Shown here: in pieces, positions 1 through 10,449 of the stretch | Layout: each line of letters starts with the position of its first letter | How positions within the stretch are numbered: position 1 is the first letter of the stretch | Assembly (NCBI GenBank): GCA_045650745.1 | Contig: JAZRRN010000043.1 | Span: forward strand, 5,901 to 69,900 | From: Candidatus Caccovivens sp. | GTDB lineage: Bacteria; Bacillota; Clostridia; Christensenellales; UBA1242 | Length of the DNA stretch: 64,000 bases | Direction: 5' to 3' | Translations under genes and position numbers: made by a program | Notes under the pieces: generated by a model | What the model was told of the DNA's origin: nothing | Databases searched by the model: none | What the model saw: the letters and a program-made list of their open reading frames with translations, nothing else

Positions 1-3000
1 GGAATGCATTTGCTTATGACAAAACATTGACAACTCTCGAATATGTTGTGATCTTTAAAGATGAAGATGGAAACTCTGCAATCTATAAGACAACAGAAAC
101 ATCTCACAACATTGATGAAAATGAAGAACTCAGAAATACAATCGCTTCACTTGTTGCTGGCACAATTGAAATTGAAGTTTCGGCACACTTGAAGCCATAT
201 TCAGTGGCAGTTGAAGGCACAATGTATTACGCAGCAGCAGAAACATTGCTCAACGGCGCAACAGAATACAACTATTACATCTATCAAAGCGAAGCTTCAA
301 CAAAGAAATTGACAACTCCAGAAGTTGTTGATGTTGAATTTGCAGATGGAAAACTTCCAGAAATCGAAGTTGTGTTTGAAGGAAACTACGGCACTTCTGG
401 TGAATTTGATATCAGTTTAAACAACGAATTCCTCAAAACAGTGACTCTTACAGAAACATCTGGACAATACATTGCAGTCATCACAAGTGACGAATACAAC
501 AATGTTTGCATGCCTGGCGAAACAATGAAAGTTTCAATCAGTGCAAGAAGCAGCAATGGTATTCCATCTTCAGTTGGTGAAGTTTCAATCACAAGAGCAG
601 GCGAACTTGTTTCTGCAAGATTGCTTGACAATGAAGGTGTCTACTCTCAAAGTATTGAAGTAGTGCTCAACGAAGAATATTTGCCATATTCAGTTGGTGG
701 GGTGGTTGCCGAAATCACATACACACCAAATGGTGGCACAGAAACAACAAAAGAAGTTGCAATCCCAGTTGATGGATCTTCAACAACAATTGTTTATGAT
801 CTTTCAACATTTATCACAACAAACTTGGCTGCTGGTGGATCAATGAGCATTGCTCTTTACGCAACAAGCTATTCAGGCGAAGGTGTATATTATTTGGCTT
901 GCCCAACAACAATCCCTGCAGCAGAAACATATCAAGTTTTGAAAGCAATTCAAGATGCAGAAATTTCTCGTTATAGTGGTGGATTTATTATCAACAATCC
1001 AAACAACGACGACACAGTTTATGAAGTTTCTTATCAAGAACAAGTTGCAGTGCTTACAAGAGACAACAGTTTTTCTTACGAATTTCCAAGAAACTTTGGC
1101 AACGAATCTTACACACTCTCAATTGTTGCAAAAGAAAATGGATATGTTGTTTCATCTCAAACACAACACAGTTTCACATTAAACAGACTTGGATCAATTT
1201 CAGAAGTCAAGTTCAGCAGAGACACAACAGATTTGTCAAAAACAAAGATGTCTTGGATTTCAGTTTCTGGTGCAACAGGTTATGAAATCCGTTTGTTTGC
1301 AAAAGATGACACAGAAAAAGAAGTTGTTTTGTTTGTAGGTCAAGTGACAGGCACAGAAGTGACAATGGAACAATTGTTTGGACTTGATTATGAAAGATTG
1401 TTCGAACTTGGACAAATCAGTGCAGTAAACTTGCAAGAAGATTATGAAGCCGTTGCAGAAATTGTTGCTGTGGGCGATGCTTCAAAAAACAATGCAATCC
1501 CTTATGAATTTGACATAACAATCAAAGGCAACAATATTACAGAAGAAAATCTTGTTTTAGATGAAAGAGCATTCTTGACAATGGATACCGAAGTTGGACA
1601 ATCTTATTTGTATAGATTTGTCAAGAGAGGAGACAATAGTGTCCTTCAAACATGGAAGATGGTTACTGCAACTGCAGAAAAGACAGTGCTTGACACATCA
1701 ACCCTTGCAGAAGGCGTTATCTTCAACACAGAAGTGATCAGAATTGGCTCAGCAATCTCAACAGATGCTTCTTCAAATGATCTTCACGGATTTGTTTTGG
1801 ATTCTATGCTCTTCAATTCAGGGCTTGGCGAAAAGACATTCCAAGTAAACGAAACAATCAAAGCAATTGGTTATGTGCCAGAACAAGCAGATTCTATCGC
1901 ACTCACTTTGGGTGTAGGCACATGGTCAAAGATTTTTGCAGGCACAAGCAAAGATGCTTTGAAAGATGGACAATATGTAGAATTTGTCCCAGAATATTTC
2001 CAAGATGCAGATCAATCAAATCAAATTGTTGCAGTTTACAACTTTGCAGACTTTATTGATTTGTTTGAAGCAGCAGGAATTGAAGTAAAAAATCAAACAG
2101 GCATCACAGAAATCTTCTTCTGGTCATTTAGAGAAACTGAAGAAGAAACTCTTAGTTATGTAGTTTCAAAATGCATTTCTTACAAAATTAAATATGTTGA
2201 CGACACAAGCTTTATCGAAATCAAGAAGTTTGGTGCAGTTGATCCTGCAACAGGACTTACAGAAGATTATGCAAACACATATGCTATGTTCAATGACATT
2301 GATTCTGGTTTGACTTTGATTACAGCCGGAATGTTTGTAAAGGTTACAGAAGTTGAAACCGGAAACTATTGGACAAACTTTGTTGCTGTTACCGACATGA
2401 GAGATTGCGAATATGTTCCAGCAGCAAGCAGACTTCTTGCAGTAAACATCACAAAAGTTTTTGAAAGCGAAGCGCTCAACACATTGTATGGCACATTCAA
2501 AGTAGAGTTTGCAAGAGCTCAACTTGAAAGCGCATCAGGCACAACATACATTCAATTTACAGATTGGGTTGGCGAACATAATGGACAAGAATTTATCTTT
2601 GAAAGAATGAATCCAATCGCAATGCTTCAACTTAAAGCAGGATCTTTGAGTTGGCGAACAAGCAGTATGTTGACCGACAAATATTATGTATACTTCTATG
2701 AAGTTGTTGATGAAGGAAAAATGAGCGACAAGTTTGCTTATTATTCAACAAATTACACATACTTCAATGCTTCTGACTTTGCAGGCACAAACACAGAATA
2801 CTTCCTTGCAGTGCAAAGCATAAGCACAGATCCATTTATCTTGTCTTCGGCAAAAGAGTTTATCAAGAGAGATGATGCACCGGTTGCAATCACCAAAAAC
2901 CATGTTTCAACTCCATTGGTGCTCAAAAATGGACAATTGTCTATGTCGTGGACAACAGACAGCGATTTGTATCAACTTGTTACATCAGAAATGAACTACA

Positions 3001-6000
3001 GTGAAATCGCTAGCGAACTTTCAACAAAAATCTTTACAGCTCCATTTACATTCAGTTTGGAAGACTTGCTTGCAAACAATATTGTTATGAGATTTAGATT
3101 TACACCAAAAGGTGGAGTTGAAGGTGCAAGACAAATCTTTGATGTAAACGCAAAATATTTGGTTGCAAGTTTGTATGACTTTGCAAAAGAAAATGATTTT
3201 GCAAACATCGAAGAAAGAATGAAAGAAATTCAAGAAGCAGGACTTTTGGGAAGTCAACTCACTTTGCTTGGAGAATTTGCACATTATTTGGCAAACGGAA
3301 GTTATGGTATTGCAAATGCCAACTCTCCACTTGATGAATATATGGAAAGACTTCAAACAGGTGAATACAAACTCGAATACTGCTTGATCGGAACAGCAAA
3401 CACATTGAGTTCTTGCTGGTACGAATTTGCAAACAAAGATGGAAACAACTCAATTTACATCGACCCAACTCTTCAATCATCTGTTGTTAAAGAACAAGAT
3501 GAAGTGGACAAATCTAAAAACTCTTACAAAGTGATTTTTGCAAAAACTGACATCACAACATGGAATGGATCAGCATTTGTAAAAACTCCTGCAACAACAT
3601 ATTATATGAGAATGTTGAATAGAGACGCTGGCGTAAGATATTCGTTCAGCATCACAAAGGGTGTGACAAACTACAACCTTAAGTTGCTTGGCGACAAGTC
3701 TGGCAAGACAGTTTCGGTTTACGAATGTGATGCAAATGGTGTTGTGACAGAAGGTGGCGCATATTTGTCATTCTATATCAACTACAACAGTGCAAACTCA
3801 ATTTTGGGAACTTACACAAGCATCGAAAAATTGAGATATGAAACAGAAGTTTATGCACAAGGTTCTGACTATGCAGCATCAAGCAAATCACAAGTGTTTA
3901 TGATTACAATGCTTGACTTTGGTTCTAGCTTGAGCTTGAATGATGGTATCTTCAGCTGGATTCCACAAGACAGAAGAACAACAACAATTGTGTTTAAGAG
4001 ATCTGGAATGGATGCAGAAACTGAAGTGCAAGTAAACACAATTACCGAATTTGCATCATTCAGTTTGGATTATGGTGCTGGACTTTACGAATATATCAAG
4101 TTTGTTATGTCAGGCGAAATCAATGGCAACAATGTTTATGTCGACAGTGACATTTACACAATCGAAAATGTTTACAAACTTACTGCTCCAAGATTGAGCA
4201 ACAGTTTGGGATATATTGCAGTTGATGGAAGCGAAAATATTTCAATGCTTGACAACTGTTATTCAGAAGCAAATCCTTATACTTATATGTTGTATAATGA
4301 TGTTTCAACAGAAGAAATGTTTATCTCATTTGCAGATGACAGTCATGGCGCTGATCTTGTATATTATCAACCAGGCATTCAAGGTGCAACAGAAGAAGAT
4401 TTGACTTACAAAGAAACAGAACAAAGAGCAAATTGGTTTGAAGTTGCTGCACTTGGCACAACAGCACAATTGGCAATGGTTGCAGATCCAACAAACTATT
4501 ATATGAAGAAGATTTGTATGATCGAACCTACCGAAGATGGTGGCGAGGCAGAAGGTGGAGCAGCACCAGAAATTGACCCATCAAAGATTATCAACAAATC
4601 TGTTGCTATGAAGAGTAGCGTTGAAAGAATTGACGCACAAACACTTGATGAAATTACCGAACTTAGAATCGACAGAGGAAGTTTGGCTTGGGAAGGCGTT
4701 CAAGGTAGAACTGTTGACGGCGTAACTTCAACTCTTGCAGAAGGTGCAAAATTTGTTTACAGAATCACTGTAGAACAATATGAATACACTGGCACTGCAG
4801 ATGGCGAAGGTATGGAAGCTCCATCAAATGTTGGCACTCCTTTGGTTTACTACACAGCAAACACAACATTTGACTTTGCTGTTATCACCGAAGATCAATT
4901 GGTAACAACAGAAAACCCATCATTCCTCAAAGCGACAGTTCAAGCTCTTGCAATGATTGAAACAAAAACTCAACCAGCAGAAGGCGTTGATTATCTCGAA
5001 CTTGTCGAAGGTGGCTATGCTTACGGAAATGTTAAGTATCAAGGCAAAAATGTTTATGTTTTGATTGGCAATGGCGTTGGTATCCAAGATATCGACAGAA
5101 TTAGCCCAATCGACGAAAATTCTCTTAGAGTTGAAAATGGAAGATTGAGATGGGAATACACAACTTCTGCCGAAATCACAGAAGAATTCCTTGATACTCG
5201 TTATTCATTTGAAGTTGCAAGAGAAGATGGACACATTGTAGAAGGTGTATGGAGTGTGATTGAAGTTCAAACTGCACTTGAAACAAACACTTATACAATC
5301 GAGTTCCAAGAAGAAAAAGGTCAAATCTTGGCCGGCGAACAAACTTTGAGAGTTTATGCTACTCAAGGTTATGGAAATGCAGATGTTACAATCAAGTCAT
5401 TTGCAAAAGAAATTGTGGTCAACAAGTTGGAAACAATTGTTGAAGGTGATTATGTGATCACAACAAACGATGATGTTGACAGAGAAACTCTTGACCTTAC
5501 ACAATATTATTCAGATGGAAACACAAATGTTGTCAATGTTTATGTAAACGGAGAATTGAAGTATAATCTTACAAGTCAAAAATATAAGATCTTCATTCTT
5601 AAGACACAAGAACAAGTTGATGCTTGGACAGGTGGTCAAACAACAGATGAAACTTATATCACAGATTATATCTTCGTTGCTGAAGAACAAGTGATCATTA
5701 CATTTGAAGTTATCAAAGAAGAAGCAAACACAGTATACAGTGACATGAGCGACAACTTCGTGCTTCAAAGAGCATCTTGGGGTGCAAACGAAATTGTTTG
5801 GGACAGCACAAAACAACAATTCAGTTGGACACAATCATTCTACTTCGAAAACAACATAAATGCGAAGAAGGTTGTTATGGGCGAAGGTGGCGAATATGAA
5901 GAAATGCCAGAAGAAGAAATTCTTGCAGGACAACTTGTTGAAATGGTTGAAACTCTTGACGCAACATACACAATCGTTAGATTTGCAGAATCGTTGTATA

Positions 6001-7241
6001 AAGTTGAAACAGCACTTCTTAAAACTCCAGAATACAGCATCGAAATCACTTACGGAACATTTGTCAAGTTGACAAGAATTTACACAACAACAAGTCATGT
6101 ATTTGTTCCAGAAATCATTGACTCGTTGACAATCAATGTAAGATTCAAACTCGGAAGAGGAAATGTTCAATCGGCCGAACTTGGATATATCGAATCTGTA
6201 AACTTCAACTTGTTTGCAAGTGGACAAGGCACAGAAAGCAATCCATATTTGATTTCAAACGAACAACAATTTGCAAACATTCAATACAGAATGAGCAAAC
6301 CTGACTATTTGGGATCTTATGTAGAAGACGGATTGACTGTAAACCCAGAAGTTATTGCAAAGAAATTCTACTTCCGTATCACACAAGACATCACAATCAG
6401 CGAAGATTTGGTTGGATGCTTGCTTAACGGCGAATTTAATGGCGAAATCGACGGACAACATCATATCATCACTTATACAGCAAGTGGTGTTACAGAAATG
6501 TCATATCAAAAAGTTGTTGATGTGGGTCATGTGAAATCTGCCGTTTCTGGTGGCACTTCAACAACTTTCAAAAATGGCGTTGCGCTTTTTGAAAAGATTG
6601 GCTCGCAAGGTGTGATCAAAAACCTTAAACTTGATGTAACTTACAGAAATGTACAAATCAACAGAAATGCTATGATGGCAGGACTTGCAGTGTTCAACAA
6701 CGGCGTTGTGCAAGATGTTGATTTGGTTGGCTACAGAAGTGGATTCTTCGCTTATGCTGGTGGCTCAAAATTGATTATGGCTTATGCTGGCATCGTTGCA
6801 ATCAACGAAACAATCACTGCAATCATCGAAGATTGTTCGGTTTTGACCAACATGATCTTTGATGATAATGGAAATCAACAACTCATCTTTGCAGCTGGAA
6901 TTTGTTTCCAAAACGAAGCAACAATTGATGGTTGTGTTGCTGGTGAAGACAACAAAACAAATCAACTTAGAGTTACTTGCCAAGTGAAAACTGACACAGT
7001 TCAAGTTGCAGGCATTGCAATCACTGTCACAACATCTGGACTTGTTTCAAACTGCGCAAACTATATGCAAATTTCAGTGAATGCAGCACTTGATGAAAAC
7101 TTCAACATTGCATACATTGGAGGCATTGCATGTTACGCAGACGGAACAATGGACAATGCAACAAATGTGAGTGATCCTGCATTGCTTACATCTGACAAAG
7201 TTCCAACAGTTTACAAACACGAATTTGCTATCCCTGCATAA
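1..7241 (+). CDS. Giant extracellular beta-sandwich repeat protein, 5'-truncated (>2400 aa), with a C-terminal GLUG/ZmpB-like beta-helical module
   Basis: The frame is open from position 3, upstream of the TTG at 27, so the true start lies outside the window. Recurrent FN3-like strand motifs (GSLSW, GIFSW, GSLAW, GRLRW, QQFSW). C-terminal 'GQGTESNPYLISN...FNGEIDGQHH...AGLA/AGIV/GGIA' module. Acidic and Thr/Tyr-rich, with no C-terminal TM or LPXTG. Confidence 0.8.
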   Translation, partial: NAFAYDKTLTTLEYVVIFKDEDGNSAIYKTTETSHNIDENEELRNTIASLVAGTIEIEVSAHLKPYSVAVEGTMYYAAAETLLNGATEYNYYIYQSEASTKKLTTPEVVDVEFADGKLPEIEVVFEGNYGTSGEFDISLNNEFLKTVTLTETSGQYIAVITSDEYNNVCMPGETMKVSISARSSNGIPSSVGEVSITRAGELVSARLLDNEGVYSQSIEVVLNEEYLPYSVGGVVAEITYTPNGGTETTKEVAIPVDGSSTTIVYDLSTFITTNLAAGGSMSIALYATSYSGEGVYYLACPTTIPAAETYQVLKAIQDAEISRYSGGFIINNPNNDDTVYEVSYQEQVAVLTRDNSFSYEFPRNFGNESYTLSIVAKENGYVVSSQTQHSFTLNRLGSISEVKFSRDTTDLSKTKMSWISVSGATGYEIRLFAKDDTEKEVVLFVGQVTGTEVTMEQLFGLDYERLFELGQISAVNLQEDYEAVAEIVAVGDASKNNAIPYEFDITIKGNNITEENLVLDERAFLTMDTEVGQSYLYRFVKRGDNSVLQTWKMVTATAEKTVLDTSTLAEGVIFNTEVIRIGSAISTDASSNDLHGFVLDSMLFNSGLGEKTFQVNETIKAIGYVPEQADSIALTLGVGTWSKIFAGTSKDALKDGQYVEFVPEYFQDADQSNQIVAVYNFADFIDLFEAAGIEVKNQTGITEIFFWSFRETEEETLSYVVSKCISYKIKYVDDTSFIEIKKFGAVDPATGLTEDYANTYAMFNDIDSGLTLITAGMFVKVTEVETGNYWTNFVAVTDMRDCEYVPAASRLLAVNITKVFESEALNTLYGTFKVEFARAQLESASGTTYIQFTDWVGEHNGQEFIFERMNPIAMLQLKAGSLSWRTSSMLTDKYYVYFYEVVDEGKMSDKFAYYSTNYTYFNASDFAGTNTEYFLAVQSISTDPFILSSAKEFIKRDDAPVAITKNHVSTPLVLKNGQLSMSWTTDSDLYQLVTSEMNYSEIASELSTKIFTAPFTFSLEDLLANNIVMRFRFTPKGGVEGARQIFDVNAKYLVASLYDFAKENDFANIEERMKEIQEAGLLGSQLTLLGEFAHYLANGSYGIANANSPLDEYMERLQTGEYKLEYCLIGTANTLSSCWYEFANKDGNNSIYIDPTLQSSVVKEQDEVDKSKNSYKVIFAKTDITTWNGSAFVKTPATTYYMRMLNRDAGVRYSFSITKGVTNYNLKLLGDKSGKTVSVYECDANGVVTEGGAYLSFYINYNSANSILGTYTSIEKLRYETEVYAQGSDYAASSKSQVFMITMLDFGSSLSLNDGIFSWIPQDRRTTTIVFKRSGMDAETEVQVNTITEFASFSLDYGAGLYEYIKFVMSGEINGNNVYVDSDIYTIENVYKLTAPRLSNSLGYIAVDGSENISMLDNCYSEANPYTYMLYNDVSTEEMFISFADDSHGADLVYYQPGIQGATEEDLTYKETEQRANWFEVAALGTTAQLAMVADPTNYYMKKICMIEPTEDGGEAEGGAAPEIDPSKIINKSVAMKSSVERIDAQTLDEITELRIDRGSLAWEGVQGRTVDGVTSTLAEGAKFVYRITVEQYEYTGTADGEGMEAPSNVGTPLVYYTANTTFDFAVITEDQLVTTENPSFLKATVQALAMIETKTQPAEGVDYLELVEGGYAYGNVKYQGKNVYVLIGNGVGIQDIDRISPIDENSLRVENGRLRWEYTTSAEITEEFLDTRYSFEVAREDGHIVEGVWSVIEVQTALETNTYTIEFQEEKGQILAGEQTLRVYATQGYGNADVTIKSFAKEIVVNKLETIVEGDYVITTNDDVDRETLDLTQYYSDGNTNVVNVYVNGELKYNLTSQKYKIFILKTQEQVDAWTGGQTTDETYITDYIFVAEEQVIITFEVIKEEANTVYSDMSDNFVLQRASWGANEIVWDSTKQQFSWTQSFYFENNINAKKVVMGEGGEYEEMPEEEILAGQLVEMVETLDATYTIVRFAESLYKVETALLKTPEYSIEITYGTFVKLTRIYTTTSHVFVPEIIDSLTINVRFKLGRGNVQSAELGYIESVNFNLFASGQGTESNPYLISNEQQFANIQYRMSKPDYLGSYVEDGLTVNPEVIAKKFYFRITQDITISEDLVGCLLNGEFNGEIDGQHHIITYTASGVTEMSYQKVVDVGHVKSAVSGGTSTTFKNGVALFEKIGSQGVIKNLKLDVTYRNVQINRNAMMAGLAVFNNGVVQDVDLVGYRSGFFAYAGGSKLIMAYAGIVAINETITAIIEDCSVLTNMIFDDNGNQQLIFAAGICFQNEATIDGCVAGEDNKTNQLRVTCQVKTDTVQVAGIAITVTTSGLVSNCANYMQISVNAALDENFNIAYIGGIACYADGTMDNATNVSDPALLTSDKVPTVYKHEFAIPA

Positions 7242-7286
7242 GGTTTGGTTGGAATAACAAAAACAATAAAAGAGTATAATTATGGT

Positions 7287-8156
7287 ATGAAAAAATCCAT
7301 TTATACTCTTTTTTTGTTGATATGTTTTGTTGTGGCAAATTTTGGTTTTGCAAGCAACCAAGTTTTTGCAAAAATGCAAGTTGAAAGTTGTGCACAAAGT
7401 GAGAGTTATACACAGCAAAATGCAATCAGGGTGCAAAGGAGTGTTGACGAAAAAATCACGCTTTCATATATTTTGCCGGCAAATTCGGCCAAAATGAGAG
7501 AAATCGGCATTTCAGAAGGCAAGATATCCACATTTAGATTCTTTTTGTCAATCTATGTCAGTGCTTGGGCTAATGGTTTTAAGGATAAATTGTGTGAAGG
7601 CGTGAGCTTGCAAAACTGTGTTTATTGGCAACAATTTGATGGTGTTGGGTTTAGTTTGATTTTTGATGACCTTGCATCTCAACAAAAGTTTTTTGGCACT
7701 GAAGGGCAACAGAGCACTCAACAAAAACCAAAAGAAAAAGGGTTGTTTTTTAAGAAAATTTGTGTGTCTACAACCTTTCCAATTGCAAGCGAAGAAAGTG
7801 CAAAATCGCTGCAAAAAATATGTTGTTTGGCGATTGAGGATTGGGCAAAAGAAGAAAATGTAGAAAACGAAAAAGTGCAAAATTTGTCCAATTTTTTGCA
7901 AAATTGCAACTTTATTTATGATTTTTCAACAACAAAAAATGGGTTGCTTTCTGATGATATGTATTTTGAAGACGAAGTTTGCCATCACTTTTTTGCAAAA
8001 ACATTGACGCAAATAAAACAAGATCCGACAATCAGTTTTTGGACAAAAACAGCAAACAAACCGGTGTGGTGTTTGAGTGTTTTGATTGTTGTTTTGTTGG
8101 GTATGGCAGTTGCATTTTTTGTGATAAATTTCAAACAAAAAAACAGAAAAAATTGA
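7287..8156 (+). CDS. Hypothetical exported protein with signal peptide and C-terminal TM anchor
   Basis: Start refined to ATG 7287 (MKKSIYTLFLLICFVVANFGFA...VFA). C-terminal hydrophobic helix followed by KQKNRKN. TATAAT lies 6 nt upstream of the start. Confidence 0.7.
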   Translation: MKKSIYTLFLLICFVVANFGFASNQVFAKMQVESCAQSESYTQQNAIRVQRSVDEKITLSYILPANSAKMREIGISEGKISTFRFFLSIYVSAWANGFKDKLCEGVSLQNCVYWQQFDGVGFSLIFDDLASQQKFFGTEGQQSTQQKPKEKGLFFKKICVSTTFPIASEESAKSLQKICCLAIEDWAKEENVENEKVQNLSNFLQNCNFIYDFSTTKNGLLSDDMYFEDEVCHHFFAKTLTQIKQDPTISFWTKTANKPVWCLSVLIVVLLGMAVAFFVINFKQKNRKN

Positions 8157-8260
8157 AAGTTTTTGTTATGAAAAAATATTTTTTTCTTTGTTTCTATTGT
8201 GTTTTGTCCTGTTTAGTGTTATAATAAACCAGTTATTTAGATAGAAAGGAAAAAAGAATT

Positions 8261-10093
8261 ATGGAAAACAAAAATTTGAGAAATATCGCAATTATTGCCC
8301 ACGTTGACCACGGCAAAACATCTTTGGTTAACGAACTTCTTAAACAAGGCAATGTGTTTAGAGACAACCAAGTTGTTGAAGACAGAGTTATGGACTCAAA
8401 CGCACTTGAAAGAGAAAGGGGCATCACTATTTTGTCAAAAAACACAGCTTGTTTTTACGAAGGCACAAAGATCAATGTTATCGACACACCTGGACACGCT
8501 GACTTCGGTGGAGAAGTTGAAAGAGTTTTGAAGATGGTTGACGGCGTTTTGCTTGTTGTTGATGCTTACGAAGGTCCAATGCCACAAACAAGATTTGTTT
8601 TGGAAAAGGCACTTTCACTTGGACTTAAAGTCGTTGTTGTCGTAAATAAGATTGACAGACCTGACGCAAGAATCAAAGAAGTTGTTGATGAAGTTTTGGA
8701 ATTGTTCCTTGAGCTTGATGCTGATGAAGAACAACTCAACTCGCCATTTGTTTTTGCTTCTGCAAGACAAGGTATTGCATCAATTTCTGCTGATCAATTT
8801 GGCACAGACATGAAACCTCTTTTTGAAACAATCATTTCTCACATTCCAGCACCATCTGGAGAAATTGAAGGTGCAACAAAGATGCTTGTTTCTTCTGCAG
8901 AACACAACGAATATGTTGGAAAACTTGCAGTTGGAAAGATTGAAAGAGGCGTTATCAAAGTTGGACAATCTGTCACAGTTTGCAACTATCATGACGAAAG
9001 CAAAAAGACAAGAGCAAAAATTGTAAGTTTGTTTGTTTATGAAGGTTTGAAGAGAGTGCAAGTTGAATCTGCATCTGTTGGCGAAATTGTTTGCGTTGCC
9101 GGCATCGAAAATGTGACAATCGGTGACACAATTTGTGATGTTGAAGCAGTTGAACCTGTTGAATTTGTCAAGATTGCAGAACCAAGTGTTGAAATGACAT
9201 TTATGGTAAACGACAGTCCATTTGCAGGAAAAGAAGGCAAGTATGTTACATCAAGACATTTGAGAGACAGATTGTATAAAGAAGCAGTCAAAGATCTTTC
9301 TTTGAGAGTTGAAGATGGCGACACTGCTGAAAAGTTTAAAGTTAGTGGAAGAGGCGAAATGCACCTTTCAATTTTGATTGAAAACATGAGAAGAGATGGA
9401 TACGAATTTCAAGTTTCTCAACCAAAAGTTTTGATCAAAGAAATTGATGGTGTTAAGTGCGAACCTATCGACAGACTTTATTTGGATGTTCCAGAAGATT
9501 GTGTTGGCGCTGTTATGAACAAAATGGGCGTTCGCAAAGGCGAACTTCAAAACATGGCTCCACACGGATCTCGTATGAGAATGGAATTTTTGATTCCATC
9601 TCGTGGCCTTTTTGGTTTTAAGTCAGAATTTTTGACAGACACTCGTGGTGAAGGTATTGTAAATTCAATTTTCCACGATTACGAACCATACAAAGGCGAA
9701 ATCAATCGTCGTGAATTTGGCGCTTTGATTGCACACGAAGAAGGCAAGGCAATTGTTTATGGGCTTTTCAATGCGCAAGAAAGAGGCGAATTGTTTATTG
9801 GTGCAGGCGTGCCAGTTTATGCAGGCATGGTTGTAGGCACAAACCCAAAAGGTGGCGACATTGTTGTCAATGTTTGCAAAACAAAACACCTTTCAAACTG
9901 TCGTGCTTCAGGATCTGATGATGCTTTGAGACTTACTCCACCAAGAGTTATGTCGCTTGAAGACTGCATCGAATTCTTGGGCGATGACGAATATATGGAA
10001 GTTACACCAGAGTCAATCCGTATCAGAAAAATCATTCTTGATCACAATATGCGTTTGCGTGCACACGGAAAGATGCTTAGAGGTGAAATTTAA
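8261..10093 (+). CDS. typA: Translational GTPase TypA/BipA
   Basis: [52 protein letters not shown]-terminal [11 protein letters not shown]. Confidence 0.98.
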   Translation: MENKNLRNIAIIAHVDHGKTSLVNELLKQGNVFRDNQVVEDRVMDSNALERERGITILSKNTACFYEGTKINVIDTPGHADFGGEVERVLKMVDGVLLVVDAYEGPMPQTRFVLEKALSLGLKVVVVVNKIDRPDARIKEVVDEVLELFLELDADEEQLNSPFVFASARQGIASISADQFGTDMKPLFETIISHIPAPSGEIEGATKMLVSSAEHNEYVGKLAVGKIERGVIKVGQSVTVCNYHDESKKTRAKIVSLFVYEGLKRVQVESASVGEIVCVAGIENVTIGDTICDVEAVEPVEFVKIAEPSVEMTFMVNDSPFAGKEGKYVTSRHLRDRLYKEAVKDLSLRVEDGDTAEKFKVSGRGEMHLSILIENMRRDGYEFQVSQPKVLIKEIDGVKCEPIDRLYLDVPEDCVGAVMNKMGVRKGELQNMAPHGSRMRMEFLIPSRGLFGFKSEFLTDTRGEGIVNSIFHDYEPYKGEINRREFGALIAHEEGKAIVYGLFNAQERGELFIGAGVPVYAGMVVGTNPKGGDIVVNVCKTKHLSNCRASGSDDALRLTPPRVMSLEDCIEFLGDDEYMEVTPESIRIRKIILDHNMRLRAHGKMLRGEI

Positions 10094-10100
10094 TCAAATT

Positions 10101-10128
10101 AAAGTGGGCTTTATGCCTGCTTTTTTTT
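10101..10128 (+). terminator. Intrinsic terminator after typA
   Basis: AAAGTGGGC-TTTAT-GCCTGCTTT hairpin running into a T tract. Confidence 0.7.
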
Positions 10129-10137
10129 GAAACCAAA

Positions 10138-10166
10138 TTGACAATATATATATTTATTGTTATAAT
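10138..10166 (+). promoter_or_regulatory. Consensus sigma-A promoter for the small membrane protein-dnaB-gltX run
   Basis: TTGACA-N17-TATAAT with a TG extended -10 element. Confidence 0.85.
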
Positions 10167-10187
10167 TAAATCATATAGGGGAAAAAA

Positions 10188-10439
10188 GTGAAAAGTACGG
10201 AGAAACAAGAGCTTAAAAAGAAGCTTAAAAGATTGGGTTTGTTTATGCTTATTGTTGTTGTGCCAATCACAGTGATTTGTGTGCTGTTGATTGTTGCAAA
10301 AGTTCCACAATGGCTAAACATTATGGTTTTGGTTATTCTCATGTTTATCTTGTTTGCAGCTTACATCAAGATTTGCGAAAAATTTGACGAACGCAAGAAA
10401 GAGAGAATGAGCAAAAAGAAAGACCCATTTGCAGATTAA
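10188..10439 (+). CDS. Small two-TM membrane protein
   Basis: GTG start after AGGGG. Two hydrophobic helices with basic ends. Ends just before the dnaB Shine-Dalgarno. Confidence 0.75.
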   Translation: MKSTEKQELKKKLKRLGLFMLIVVVPITVICVLLIVAKVPQWLNIMVLVILMFILFAAYIKICEKFDERKKERMSKKKDPFAD

Positions 10440-10449
10440 GGAGGAAGCA

